In this document: positions 1-8,419 of the stretch, in pieces
Layout: every line of letters begins with the position of its first letter
Position numbering within the stretch: the first letter of the stretch is position 1
NCBI GenBank assembly: GCA_027365835.1
Contig: DAHXLU010000109.1
Span: forward strand, 1,135 to 65,134
Direction of reading: 5' to 3'
From: Candidatus Dormiibacterota bacterium
Lineage (GTDB): Bacteria; Chloroflexota; Dormibacteria; Aeolococcales; Aeolococcaceae
DNA length: 64,000 bases
Translations under genes and position numbers: made by a program
The notes under the pieces: model-generated
Told to the model about the DNA's origin: nothing
What the model saw: the letters and a program-made list of their open reading frames with translations, nothing else
Database searches by the model: none

Positions 1-336
1 CAGGTAGAGTGCCATCTTTCCAATGGGCAGCTCCGGGTTCAGTCCGCCCAGCTGAAGCGCTTCTGCCAGTGGGACCAGGCTTCCTTCCTTTGCCTCCTTG
101 CGCACATTGGCCCGTGCCAGTCTCACCTTCTCCCGCTCTCTCCGGCGCAGTTCGGTTGCCAGGGGAGCCTTGCGTGCAGCGAGTGCGGAAAGCTGCTCTT
201 CCAGCGGTCGCATCTGGGCGCGCACACTCCCCTCAAGCCCGGCTATCTCGTCGAGCGCCTCCCGCAGGGCCGCCTCGGGTAGCCCCTGCAGCGTCTCTGG
301 TGACTGGGGTTGCGGCAGCGGCAGTGGCTGTTTCAT
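1..336 (-). CDS. hypothetical coiled-coil protein, N-terminal 112 codons (3' end outside the window)
   Basis: Absent from the ORF track because no stop lies inside the window. Minus-strand ATG at 336-334 with GGAGGG upstream. The frame is open for all 112 codons to position 1: MKQPLPLPQPQSPETLQGLPEAALREALDEIAGLEGSVRAQMRPLEEQLSALAARKAPLATELRRREREKVRLARANVRKEAKEG... Coiled-coil-like; no family recognised. Confidence 0.45.
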   Translation of the reverse strand, partial: MKQPLPLPQPQSPETLQGLPEAALREALDEIAGLEGSVRAQMRPLEEQLSALAARKAPLATELRRREREKVRLARANVRKEAKEGSLVPLAEALQLGGLNPELPIGKMALYL

Positions 337-449
337 GTCAGAAGGCACCACGTCCCTCCATAAATCAGGTATAAGCCTATTTGTGGATCTGTGTACTGGT
401 CCCGCTCCTGTTTTTACGCCAGGTTGTCTGGTGGAGGGTTTGTGCCGAG

Positions 450-1211
450 ATGTCAGAGTTGATTGGTTTTGAGAGCAAGGACGGAGTCGTACTCCTCACG
501 ATAGACCATCCCAAGGCAAATGCGATCAACCGGGAGGTGATCGAAGGGCTCGGGAGCGGTATGGACAGGGCTGTGGCAGAAGGGGCGCACTGCGTACTCG
601 TTACCGGCGCTGGGGAGAAGTTTTTCGCAGCCGGCGCCGACATCTCGGAATTTGGCGGGGCAGGAGCAGAGATGCTTACGGCTGGCCAGGGGCTTTCCCG
701 CAAGATGGCGGCACTCCCGGTCCCTGTAGTTGCACTGGTGAATGGGATTGCCTATGGCGGGGGGTGTGAGCTGACCCTTGGCTGCGATCTTCGTATCGCT
801 TCCGCCACCGCCAAATTTGGGCAGCCTGAGATAAAACTCGGGATCATCCCTGGCTGGGGAGGGACCCAGCGGCTGCCACGGCTTATAGGCAGGGGCAGGG
901 CAATGATTATGCTGCTGACCGGGGAGCCCATCGACGCAGCTACTGCCCTGGAATGGGGGCTCGTCTCACAGGTTGTGGAGCCCGAAAAGTTGCTGGAGGC
1001 AGGCTGGGCGCTGGGCAGGCAGCTTGCTGCCATGGCTCCCATGGCAGTCGCTTCGACCAAAGCAGCAGTCGCTGCTGGGCTGGACGGTGGTCTTGCTGAG
1101 GGGCTCTCCGTGGAGGCGGCCCAGTTTGAAACCCTGCTGGCATCTGAGGACGCGAGAGAAGGGATAATGGCATTTTTTGAGAAGCGGCAGCCGGTGTGGT
1201 CTGGTAAATGA
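450..1211 (+). CDS. enoyl-CoA hydratase/isomerase (crotonase family)
   Basis: ORF 381..1211. The homology-consistent start is ATG 450 (MSELIGFESKDGVVLLTIDHPKANAIN). Crotonase hallmarks: GAGEKFFAAGADI, AYGGGCELTLGCD, and C-terminal EDAREGIMAFFEKR. The stop overlaps the next start (ATGA at 1208-1211). Confidence 0.9.
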   Translation: MSELIGFESKDGVVLLTIDHPKANAINREVIEGLGSGMDRAVAEGAHCVLVTGAGEKFFAAGADISEFGGAGAEMLTAGQGLSRKMAALPVPVVALVNGIAYGGGCELTLGCDLRIASATAKFGQPEIKLGIIPGWGGTQRLPRLIGRGRAMIMLLTGEPIDAATALEWGLVSQVVEPEKLLEAGWALGRQLAAMAPMAVASTKAAVAAGLDGGLAEGLSVEAAQFETLLASEDAREGIMAFFEKRQPVWSGK

Positions 1212-3514
1212 CCGCAGTCCTGAGCCCGGTTGCGCTCCTGCTGCTGGTAGGAGCGAGCGGCTTTTTTACCATCAGGCGCTGGGTACAGCTTTTTTCCGTG
1301 ATGAGGGCAGGCGCACCTGCCCGACGGTTTGACCATATCGGGCAGCGGCTCAAGGGGTTTGTGGTTTATGTGCTGGGACAGGGACGCCTGCTCCGCTGGC
1401 CGTTCTCAGGAATCCTGCATGTCTTTATTTTCTGGGGTTTTGTCGTTCTGCTGACAGCAATAGCCCAGGCTGTGGTTGAAGGTCTCTGGCTTGGTTTCCA
1501 GTTCAATCTGGTTCCTGGTGCGCCAGCAATCGCCATGATGCAGGACATCTTCTGCGTGCTGGTGCTCACCGGAGTGGCACTCGCACTGGTGAACCGGCTG
1601 CTCTTCCACCCACTTCGGTTCCGGGGCAGTCATGAGGGAGATGCGCTTCTCATCCTTGCATGGATTGCTGCTCTCGTAAGCATGATGGAGCTGAACTACG
1701 CAACCCGGATAGCGCAGGGAAGTGCCGCTGCCATGGGTGCGTGGAGGCCATTTGCCTCTGCGCTTGCCGCATTGTTCTATCCCCTCGGCGCCGGTAGCAC
1801 CGCACTAATGGTGTTGCATGGCATCTTTTTCTGGGCCCATCTTGTGCTTGTGTTCTCGTTTCTCGTTTATCTTGGCTACAGTAAGCACCTGCACATAATT
1901 ACCGCCGCACCCAACGTCTTCTTCCGGAATCTGGAACCCAAGGGAGCACTGCCGACCCTGGATCTGGAAGCAGAGGGGCTGGAACAGTTTGGTACAGGAA
2001 GCCTTTCCGGCTTTTCCTGGAAGGACACACTGGATCTCTATACCTGCACCGAGTGCGGACGGTGTCAGACCCATTGTCCAGCGTTCAACACGGGAAAGCC
2101 CCTTTCTCCCAAGACCCTCATCACAGACCTGCGGGATGCAACGTACGAACAGATGGCAGGAGGGCCAGGACATGCAACGCATCACGCCAGGTCCCTGGAC
2201 GAGCTTGCCGGGCCGGAGGAATCTGGGACAGCCGTCTCGCCCGCTGGCGAGACGCAAGTACCTGCTGTCATGTGGGTCGCAGCCAGGGATGGAGGGGAAC
2301 CTGTCCCTGGAGCCTTCCAGCCTTCCTGGCTCTCTCCGCAGGAAGTTACCTCTGCCCTTTCGGCCAGTCCTGGGCAGCGCCCACTCCTGGGCGGTGCAAT
2401 AAGCGAGGACACCCTCTGGTCGTGCACTACCTGTGGTGCCTGCATGGAGGAGTGCCCGGTTCTTATTGAACATGTGCCCAAGATAATTGCGATGCGGCGC
2501 AGCCTGGTGCTGGACGAGGGCAGGATGCCCAAGGGGGCTGAGACAGCCCTGCGCAACATTGAGAGTGCAGGTAATCCGTACGGCCTCTCCCAGAACAGCC
2601 GGCTGCAGTGGACAGAGGGGCTAGAGGTGCGCACGGCTGCTAACCATCCGGGGGCTGAGTATCTCTACTGGGTGGGGTGCGCTGCATCGTATGACGAGCG
2701 TGCCCGTATCATAGCCCGCTCCCTGGTCAGGATCCTGAATGCAGCTGGCGTTGACTACAGCGTCCTTGGCACGGAGGAGCGGTGTACCGGAGATCCTGCT
2801 CGCAGGATTGGGAATGAATACCTGTTCCAGGAACAGGCCAAATCCAATGTAGCTGTGCTGGGAAAGCATGCAGTCAGGAAGGTCATCGCTACCTGCCCCC
2901 ACTGCTTTAATACACTCTCCAATGAGTACGGTGAGTTTGGTGGGAATTACGAGGTGATTCACCACACTGAACTGATAACCCAGCTGCTCCGGGAGGGGCG
3001 GCTAAAGCTGCGGCAGGACGGGGCGGAGCGGAGTATCACCTACCACGACTCCTGCTATCTCGGCCGCTGGAATGACATCTTTGCGCCACCGCGCACCATC
3101 CTGGAACAGATCCCGGGTCTCCAGCTGCTGGAGATGAAGCGCAACCGGAATGAGGGGATGTGCTGCGGAGCGGGAGGGGGGCGGATGTGGATGGAGGAGT
3201 CCAAACCAAGGGTGAACCATGAGAGGGTTGCCCAGGCGGCAGAGACTGGCGCTGCCGGCGTTGCCACGGCCTGCCCATTCTGTCTCACGATGTTTGATGA
3301 GGGTATATCTGCGCGCGGAGAGAAACTCACCGTGGACGATATCGCTGTTTATGTCGCCGAGGCGCTTGAGCCTGCCCCCGGGGATGAAGGAGGGGCCGCG
3401 ACAGCAGGGGCAAGGGCAGGGAGCGGCAGCCAGGGAGTGGAAAAACCTGAGCCAGAGGTTCAGAATGGTGAGGACGATCCAGTTAGCCCCGAAGAATCTG
3501 AACGGGGTAATTGA
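1208..3514 (+). CDS. membrane-bound Fe-S oxidoreductase (NarI/DsrM-like membrane module + 2x[4Fe-4S] + 2 CCG domains; HdrD/GlpC/EtfD-like)
   Basis: 768 aa. The N-terminal ~230 aa carry several hydrophobic helices. Ferredoxin motifs CTECGRCQTHCP and CTTCGACMEECP. Cysteine-rich CCG-type regions (CPHCFNTL; CCGAGGG...CPFCLTMF). Acidic C-terminal tail. Confidence 0.85.
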   Translation: MTAVLSPVALLLLVGASGFFTIRRWVQLFSVMRAGAPARRFDHIGQRLKGFVVYVLGQGRLLRWPFSGILHVFIFWGFVVLLTAIAQAVVEGLWLGFQFNLVPGAPAIAMMQDIFCVLVLTGVALALVNRLLFHPLRFRGSHEGDALLILAWIAALVSMMELNYATRIAQGSAAAMGAWRPFASALAALFYPLGAGSTALMVLHGIFFWAHLVLVFSFLVYLGYSKHLHIITAAPNVFFRNLEPKGALPTLDLEAEGLEQFGTGSLSGFSWKDTLDLYTCTECGRCQTHCPAFNTGKPLSPKTLITDLRDATYEQMAGGPGHATHHARSLDELAGPEESGTAVSPAGETQVPAVMWVAARDGGEPVPGAFQPSWLSPQEVTSALSASPGQRPLLGGAISEDTLWSCTTCGACMEECPVLIEHVPKIIAMRRSLVLDEGRMPKGAETALRNIESAGNPYGLSQNSRLQWTEGLEVRTAANHPGAEYLYWVGCAASYDERARIIARSLVRILNAAGVDYSVLGTEERCTGDPARRIGNEYLFQEQAKSNVAVLGKHAVRKVIATCPHCFNTLSNEYGEFGGNYEVIHHTELITQLLREGRLKLRQDGAERSITYHDSCYLGRWNDIFAPPRTILEQIPGLQLLEMKRNRNEGMCCGAGGGRMWMEESKPRVNHERVAQAAETGAAGVATACPFCLTMFDEGISARGEKLTVDDIAVYVAEALEPAPGDEGGAATAGARAGSGSQGVEKPEPEVQNGEDDPVSPEESERGN

Positions 3515-3531
3515 GAGGAGCAGTAGGCAAG

Positions 3532-4497
3532 ATGGGTGCTGGTTTCTGGCCATGGGGAAGGCGCAGCCGTAGTGTCGAGCTTCCCGGGCGGTTGCTGCCC
3601 AGCACCATAGCTCCGCTCCCAGATCACCTGGCGCCCCGTTTTCTCCGTATGGAAGGCATGCGGATCCGGTATCTGGATGTAGGTAGCGGTCCTGCGGTGA
3701 TTCTGCTTCACGGCATGGGCCATGACCTGCTTGGGTGGCGCTATAACATCATGCCACTGGTACGGGCAGGGTTTCGCGCGATAGCTCTGGATCTGCCCGG
3801 CTTTGGCATGTCGGATGCACCTGCCAGCGTGGAGCCTGAAGCCTACCAGCAGTTTGTGCTCTCCTGGATGGACATGCACTGTCTTCCGGCAGCATCACTG
3901 GTAGGCAATTCCATGGGAGGGGCGCTCGCAGCCAACATTGCTTCGGCGGCCCCTGATCGTGTCAGCCACCTGCTGCTGGTGTCGCCAGCTGGCTTTGGGC
4001 GGGAACTGGCATGGTGGTTCCGGCTGCTCGGGGTGGACTTTCTGGCGCCAATACTCCCACGTGTAAGTCGTCTGGGCGTCCGGCAGTTCCTGGGCCAGGT
4101 GTATGCGGACCGAAAGCTGATTGATGAGACTGAGGTGGAGCGGCTGTATCAGGAAGCGCAGCGTCCGGAAGTGTCTGACACTCTGCGCCGCATGGGGAAG
4201 ATGACACTTGGTGTTGGGGGGGTCCGGCCGGATTATCTGATCGCGGACGAAGCAGCCAGCCAGATTCGTGCAACCACCCTTGTTGTGTGGGGGACAAAAG
4301 ACAGGATATTGCCAGTCAAGCATTCGGGGCGTGCTGCTGCGCTAATTCCTGATGCAGAGCTGGAGTTGCTGCCTGGGATAGGGCATTGTCCCCAGATGGA
4401 AGCTGCTGAGCAGTTTAACCAGCGTCTTATTGCTCATCTGGCACGTCCAGGGTTTGCTGCCCGTACACGCGAGAGGGAGAAGAGCGGCGCCGCATAG
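3532..4497 (+). CDS. alpha/beta-fold hydrolase
   Basis: ORF 3511..4497 starts at a TTG overlapping the upstream stop. ATG 3532 has GAGGAG 11 nt upstream, so the start is uncertain. Motifs: ILLHGMGHD, nucleophile elbow GNSMGG, and the C-terminal histidine motif GHCPQME. Confidence 0.85.
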   Translation: MGAGFWPWGRRSRSVELPGRLLPSTIAPLPDHLAPRFLRMEGMRIRYLDVGSGPAVILLHGMGHDLLGWRYNIMPLVRAGFRAIALDLPGFGMSDAPASVEPEAYQQFVLSWMDMHCLPAASLVGNSMGGALAANIASAAPDRVSHLLLVSPAGFGRELAWWFRLLGVDFLAPILPRVSRLGVRQFLGQVYADRKLIDETEVERLYQEAQRPEVSDTLRRMGKMTLGVGGVRPDYLIADEAASQIRATTLVVWGTKDRILPVKHSGRAAALIPDAELELLPGIGHCPQMEAAEQFNQRLIAHLARPGFAARTREREKSGAA

Positions 4498-4625
4498 CTG
4501 CCCGGGGCCGGCCCAAGCCGGGCAGGGTGTATATGGGGCCAGGCCATCGTGTCGGAAAGCGACCTCTTGTCAGACTGTCTGCCGCATGTCCGTCGACTTT
4601 GCGTACGGTTATCACTGTGCAGGTT

Positions 4626-5209
4626 ATGGCTAATGCTTTGAAAGCGAAAGCTTTGGCAGTAGTCAGGTATCGTTCCCAGGAATTGCTTTTCCGCGTGCTC
4701 TCTGATCCACATACCACTGACGAGGAGCGTCTTTCGTTAGCTTAGATAGCAGGGAGGCAGTTCGTGAGGCCGCTGCGCGCGATGCCCGGTCGGACCAGAC
4801 CCGGCTTGTCTTCTTTCGCGACCCGAACGCTGCAGTGCGGGCCGCTGCAATCCGTTATGCAAAAGACGACAGGTACCGGCTCATGGCACGGGATGACCAG
4901 AGTGAGCGCGTGCGGGTGGCTGCGGTCCTATACGCCACATCAGATGCAACACGGATGGCGTTTCGGCACGACCGTAGTGAAGCAGTTCTGGCCGCAGCGG
5001 CCCTTTATGCCAAATCAGACCCTGTCTGGCTGGATTTTTTCCATCACCCAGCTCCACGGGTTCGCGCTGCAGCCATTGGGGGTGTGCGGTCAATCATCCT
5101 GCTAAGAGGTGCGCTTCGGGGCGAGTCCGATGCCAGCACCAGGAGCATGCTGGAGAAAAGGATCATGACGCTGGGCAGTCGCCAGGCACTCACTCCCGGT
5201 CTCGGGTAG
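4626..5209 (+). pseudogene. LRV/HEAT-like alpha-solenoid repeat protein, split by a frame change
   Basis: Piece 1 runs from ATG 4626 to TAG 4745 (MANALKAKALAVVRYRSQELLFRVLSDPHTTDEERLSLA*). Piece 2 is a frame open from 4721 to 5209; the track ORF 4835..5209 begins at an internal GTG. Both pieces carry the same ~25-aa repeat (VRxAAxxYAxxD...), six copies in total (AVREAAARDARSD, AVRAAAIRYAKDD, RVRVAAVLYATSD, AVLAAAALYAKSD, RVRAAAIGGVRS). A 1-nt deletion or -1 slip within 4721-4742 would join them. Confidence 0.5.
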
Positions 5210-5385
5210 GGCTCACAATTACACCTGCCGGACCGCGGATCGGTAAGAATTTAGCCTGAGGGAATCTGTGTGCTTGTGGAGCACCTTGACATAGTGGTAG
5301 GCTCGGTCTCTGCTGGCGCTGCTATGGCTCGCCAGGAAATCTATCGCGTTCTGCTTTTTTTGAGAGTTCAGGGAGAACCAGTCAA

Positions 5386-5943
5386 GTGGCATCGACAGAC
5401 TATGCCAACCGGTTGAGGGAGTATCGCAAGCTTCTGCGCCTTTGCGAGTCTTCTACCGCTGTTGGCAGCAAGCGCACTCCGGTGCTCGTACGGCATCCTG
5501 CTGGGAGGGGTTGGTACCCTACCCTGCTGCTAAGCAGGACCGTTGGATGGGGTGGCAAGGTGAACGTGCTGGCGTTTAATATCCCGGCGGTTACAATTGC
5601 TAAAGGGTTTGTTGGCGAGCCTGCCGAGCCGGGCTACCCAGAGGTTTGGGTGAACCAGGTGGAACAGTGTAATGTGCGCGTGCTTCCCCGCCGCCTCCCA
5701 GAGCTTGAGCGGTTGCTGGCGGCTGTGGATGCATACTGTCCACAGCGCTATCCTTCCAGTTCCCAGGCGACAGAGATGCATAGTGCGCTTGGGGGCTGGA
5801 GAAAATCGATGTGGGATCTGTCCGGGATCGTACAGGGGGAGGCCCCATGCGCCTATCTGGCGCTGGCCAGGCGCCTGCCTGTCCTGAACCTTCCCGGGAG
5901 AGGGCTTTTTTTTGGAAGGCATGCGGCAATGGAGCTGGAGTAG
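5386..5943 (+). CDS. uncharacterised protein, tandem paralogue 1 of 3 (185 aa)
   Basis: GTG start preceded by GGGAG. MASTDYANRLREYRKLLRLC...PELERLLAAVDAYCP...LPVLNL...ELE*. Aligns end to end with the two downstream ORFs. No known domain recognised. Confidence 0.7.
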   Translation: MASTDYANRLREYRKLLRLCESSTAVGSKRTPVLVRHPAGRGWYPTLLLSRTVGWGGKVNVLAFNIPAVTIAKGFVGEPAEPGYPEVWVNQVEQCNVRVLPRRLPELERLLAAVDAYCPQRYPSSSQATEMHSALGGWRKSMWDLSGIVQGEAPCAYLALARRLPVLNLPGRGLFFGRHAAMELE

Positions 5944-5991
5944 ACACTGTTGCAGATGCGGTAGCCAATCCGCGGAGGGAGAGTTAGCCAA

Positions 5992-6552
5992 GTGGCATCG
6001 ACCGATTATGTCAACCGGATGCGGGAGTACCGGAAGCTCTTGAGCCTCTGCGGTTCTCCTACTGCTGTCAGCAGCAAGCGCACTCCTGTGCTGGTGCGGG
6101 ACCCACTGGGAAAAAGCTGGTATCCGACGCTTCTTGTCAGCCAGTATGCGGGACTTGACCACAAGGTGAATGTCCTGCAGCTTGACACGAGCCACACATG
6201 GATTGACGTTGGACTATTCGGGCCCCTCCCACCTGAGAGAGGCTATCCTGAGGTGTCGGTGAGCAGGGTTGACCAGGATGATGTGCGCCTGCTGCCGCAT
6301 CGTCCGCCGGAGCTGGAAAAATTGCTGGCGGCGGTGGATGCCTACTGTCCAAAGATTGCTCCTGCGAGCGCCGATGAGCAGGCACTCCAGCACGCCCTCA
6401 CAGCACACTGGCGTGCGAGATGGGAGGGGCTTTCATTGCTGTTGCGAAAAGGTCGATCCCCCAATGCCAGGCTCGCTGCCGAGCTGCCCGTCCTCAACCT
6501 TGCAACCCGCTGGAGTTTCCTGGGCCGGCGCGCAGAGAGAGTGCTGGAGTAG
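5992..6552 (+). CDS. uncharacterised protein, tandem paralogue 2 of 3 (186 aa)
   Basis: GTG start preceded by GGAGGGAG. MASTDYVNRMREYRKLLSLC...PELEKLLAAVDAYCPKIAPASADE...LPVLNL...VLE*. Confidence 0.7.
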   Translation: MASTDYVNRMREYRKLLSLCGSPTAVSSKRTPVLVRDPLGKSWYPTLLVSQYAGLDHKVNVLQLDTSHTWIDVGLFGPLPPERGYPEVSVSRVDQDDVRLLPHRPPELEKLLAAVDAYCPKIAPASADEQALQHALTAHWRARWEGLSLLLRKGRSPNARLAAELPVLNLATRWSFLGRRAERVLE

Positions 6553-6787
6553 TAGGGGCACAGAAGTGGGCCCCTGGCTGCACACCCTGGTCTGCCAGTG
6601 TGGTCTGTTGGTCTGCCCTGTTACTTCTCCTGGTTCGTCACCCCTGTGCCACAGGGAGAAAAGGGCGGCATAGCCTGAACAACCAGTCGGCGGAAAGCTC
6701 CCGCCCTGGCATGCCGCGCCGTTGCTTGTGGAGCTGGAGTTGCTTCCGGTAGAGTGATGTGTCCAAGTCTGTTACGAGGAGAGTGCT

Positions 6788-7351
6788 GTGGCGTCCACCG
6801 ATTATGTCAACCGGATGTGGGAGTACCGGAAGCTCCTGCGCCTCTGCGGCTCTACTACTGCTGCCAGCACCAGGCGCACTCCAGTGCTGGTGCGGGACCC
6901 AGCGGGAAGAGGCTGGTATCCCACCATCTTGCTCAGCCAGTATGCGGGACTAGACCACGGGGTGAATGTCCTGCGGCTGGACAGGCCCCAGGTCTGGATT
7001 ACCAAGGGATTGTTTGGGCCCGAGCCGCATGACCGGGGCAATCCTGAAGTGTCGGTGAGCAGGGTAGACCAGGGGGATGTACGCTTGCTGCCGCAGCGTC
7101 CGCCGGAGCTGGAAAAATTGCTGGCGGCAGTGGATGCCTACTGTCCAAAGATTGCTCCTGCGAGCGCCGATGAGGAGGCACTCCTGAGTGCCCTCACAGC
7201 AAGCTGGTGGGCCAGGTGGGGGGAGCCACTTTTCCCGCTTCGTGGACAGGCTCAGTCTCCCAATTCCATACTAGCTGCCAAGCTTCCTGTACTCAACCTT
7301 CCCACACGCTGGAGCGTCCTGCGCCAGCGCGCTGGGAGAGCGCTGGAGTAG
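6788..7351 (+). CDS. uncharacterised protein, tandem paralogue 3 of 3 (187 aa)
   Basis: GTG start preceded by GAGGAG. MASTDYVNRMWEYRKLLRLC...PELEKLLAAVDAYCPKIAPASADE...LPVLNL...ALE*. Confidence 0.7.
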   Translation: MASTDYVNRMWEYRKLLRLCGSTTAASTRRTPVLVRDPAGRGWYPTILLSQYAGLDHGVNVLRLDRPQVWITKGLFGPEPHDRGNPEVSVSRVDQGDVRLLPQRPPELEKLLAAVDAYCPKIAPASADEEALLSALTASWWARWGEPLFPLRGQAQSPNSILAAKLPVLNLPTRWSVLRQRAGRALE

Positions 7352-7474
7352 CAGAGTCAAGCGGGGTTAGCCTGGTTGGGCTTTGGATCCGCCAGAGCTC
7401 CCCACGGTAAAGATCGCTCGCCTGCTCGTTGGTGTAGTGGCCGCGTACGTTGCGGGCCCAGCTGTGTTTGACCC

Positions 7475-8260
7475 TTACGTGTGCAGGCCGCACTCAGTCT
7501 TGTCTGACCCAGCCCATCTGCCGGCTCTTGGGTCCTTGCTGTCCCCCGAAGGTATGGTGACCGGGGCGCAGCCAATAGAGCCATACCCTTCGTGTGTCAG
7601 CGGGTGGACGGGAAGGTTGTAGTCTTTGACGTAGTCAGCCATGTCAGCAGCGCTCCACCGTACGAGCGGGTTGAGCTTTACGAGCTGGCGCGCGCCATCC
7701 CATTCAATGGCCTGTGCTCCTGCCCGCGTCGGAGCGTCGCAGCGCTTCAGCCCGGTTATCCAGCCCTTCCTTTGACCTCGCTCCAGGCAGGAGAACAGGG
7801 GGCCGACCTTTCGGAGCTGACAGCAGTTATCGCTGCCACAGGGAGACTCACTGTCAGCAAGGCCGCTTTTCAGGATCGTCAGGTTCAGCCTGTAGCGCTC
7901 CTTTACCTGTTCCATGAAGGCAAGTGTCTGTGGAAAGTGGAAGCCTGTGTCCAGGAAGACCACCTCAATGGAAGGGGCCACCCTTGTTGCAATGTCGATA
8001 AGGACACAGTCCTCAAATGAGCAGGTAAGAATAAAGTCCCCATACCCACCGAAAGCTTCGCCTGCCCATTCAATGACCTGCTCTGGGCTTGCCTGCTCCA
8101 TCCACTCAGGCGAAGGTGTGGTCGCTCCAAAAAATGGGCGTGGTAGCGCCGGCCCGGGTGCATAGCCTGTCACTAGTCGCTCCTTTCGTTCGCTCGGTTC
8201 TTCAAGTTGGGTGGCAGTGTGTCCGAAGTGGTCAGGGGTGCCACCCTGCTGTGTGGCCAC
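7475..8260 (-). CDS. cysH: adenylyl-sulfate (APS)/PAPS reductase, thioredoxin-dependent
   Basis: PAPS_reduct fold (FLDTGFHFPQT). CC pair (SDNCCQLRKV). C-terminal KTECGLHT catalytic motif. SIGCAPVT sits where APS reductases carry SIGCxPCT. Divergent from cysDN. Confidence 0.9.
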   Translation of the reverse strand: MATQQGGTPDHFGHTATQLEEPSERKERLVTGYAPGPALPRPFFGATTPSPEWMEQASPEQVIEWAGEAFGGYGDFILTCSFEDCVLIDIATRVAPSIEVVFLDTGFHFPQTLAFMEQVKERYRLNLTILKSGLADSESPCGSDNCCQLRKVGPLFSCLERGQRKGWITGLKRCDAPTRAGAQAIEWDGARQLVKLNPLVRWSAADMADYVKDYNLPVHPLTHEGYGSIGCAPVTIPSGDSKDPRAGRWAGSDKTECGLHT

Positions 8261-8419
8261 TGTTGATTCTACGGGCTTTCCACGTCCCTGTACTGGGCCC
8301 AGGTACTGGCTTTAGGGTAGTTCCCTGTGTTACTTTTGCCGGGCGTTACATGAAGCTCACATGGTTTGCCAGATACATTGAGCGGCAGACTGTTGGGAGA
8401 GCGTGGGAGGAGGAGCGGT

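Larger units (their letters stand above)
5386..7351 (+). repeat. tandem gene triplication (three diverged ~560-bp copies)
   Basis: The three ORFs are collinear paralogues. Copies 2 and 3 share a 78-bp block with one mismatch (6301-6378 vs 7097-7174). The spacers are 48 bp and 235 bp. Confidence 0.85.
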
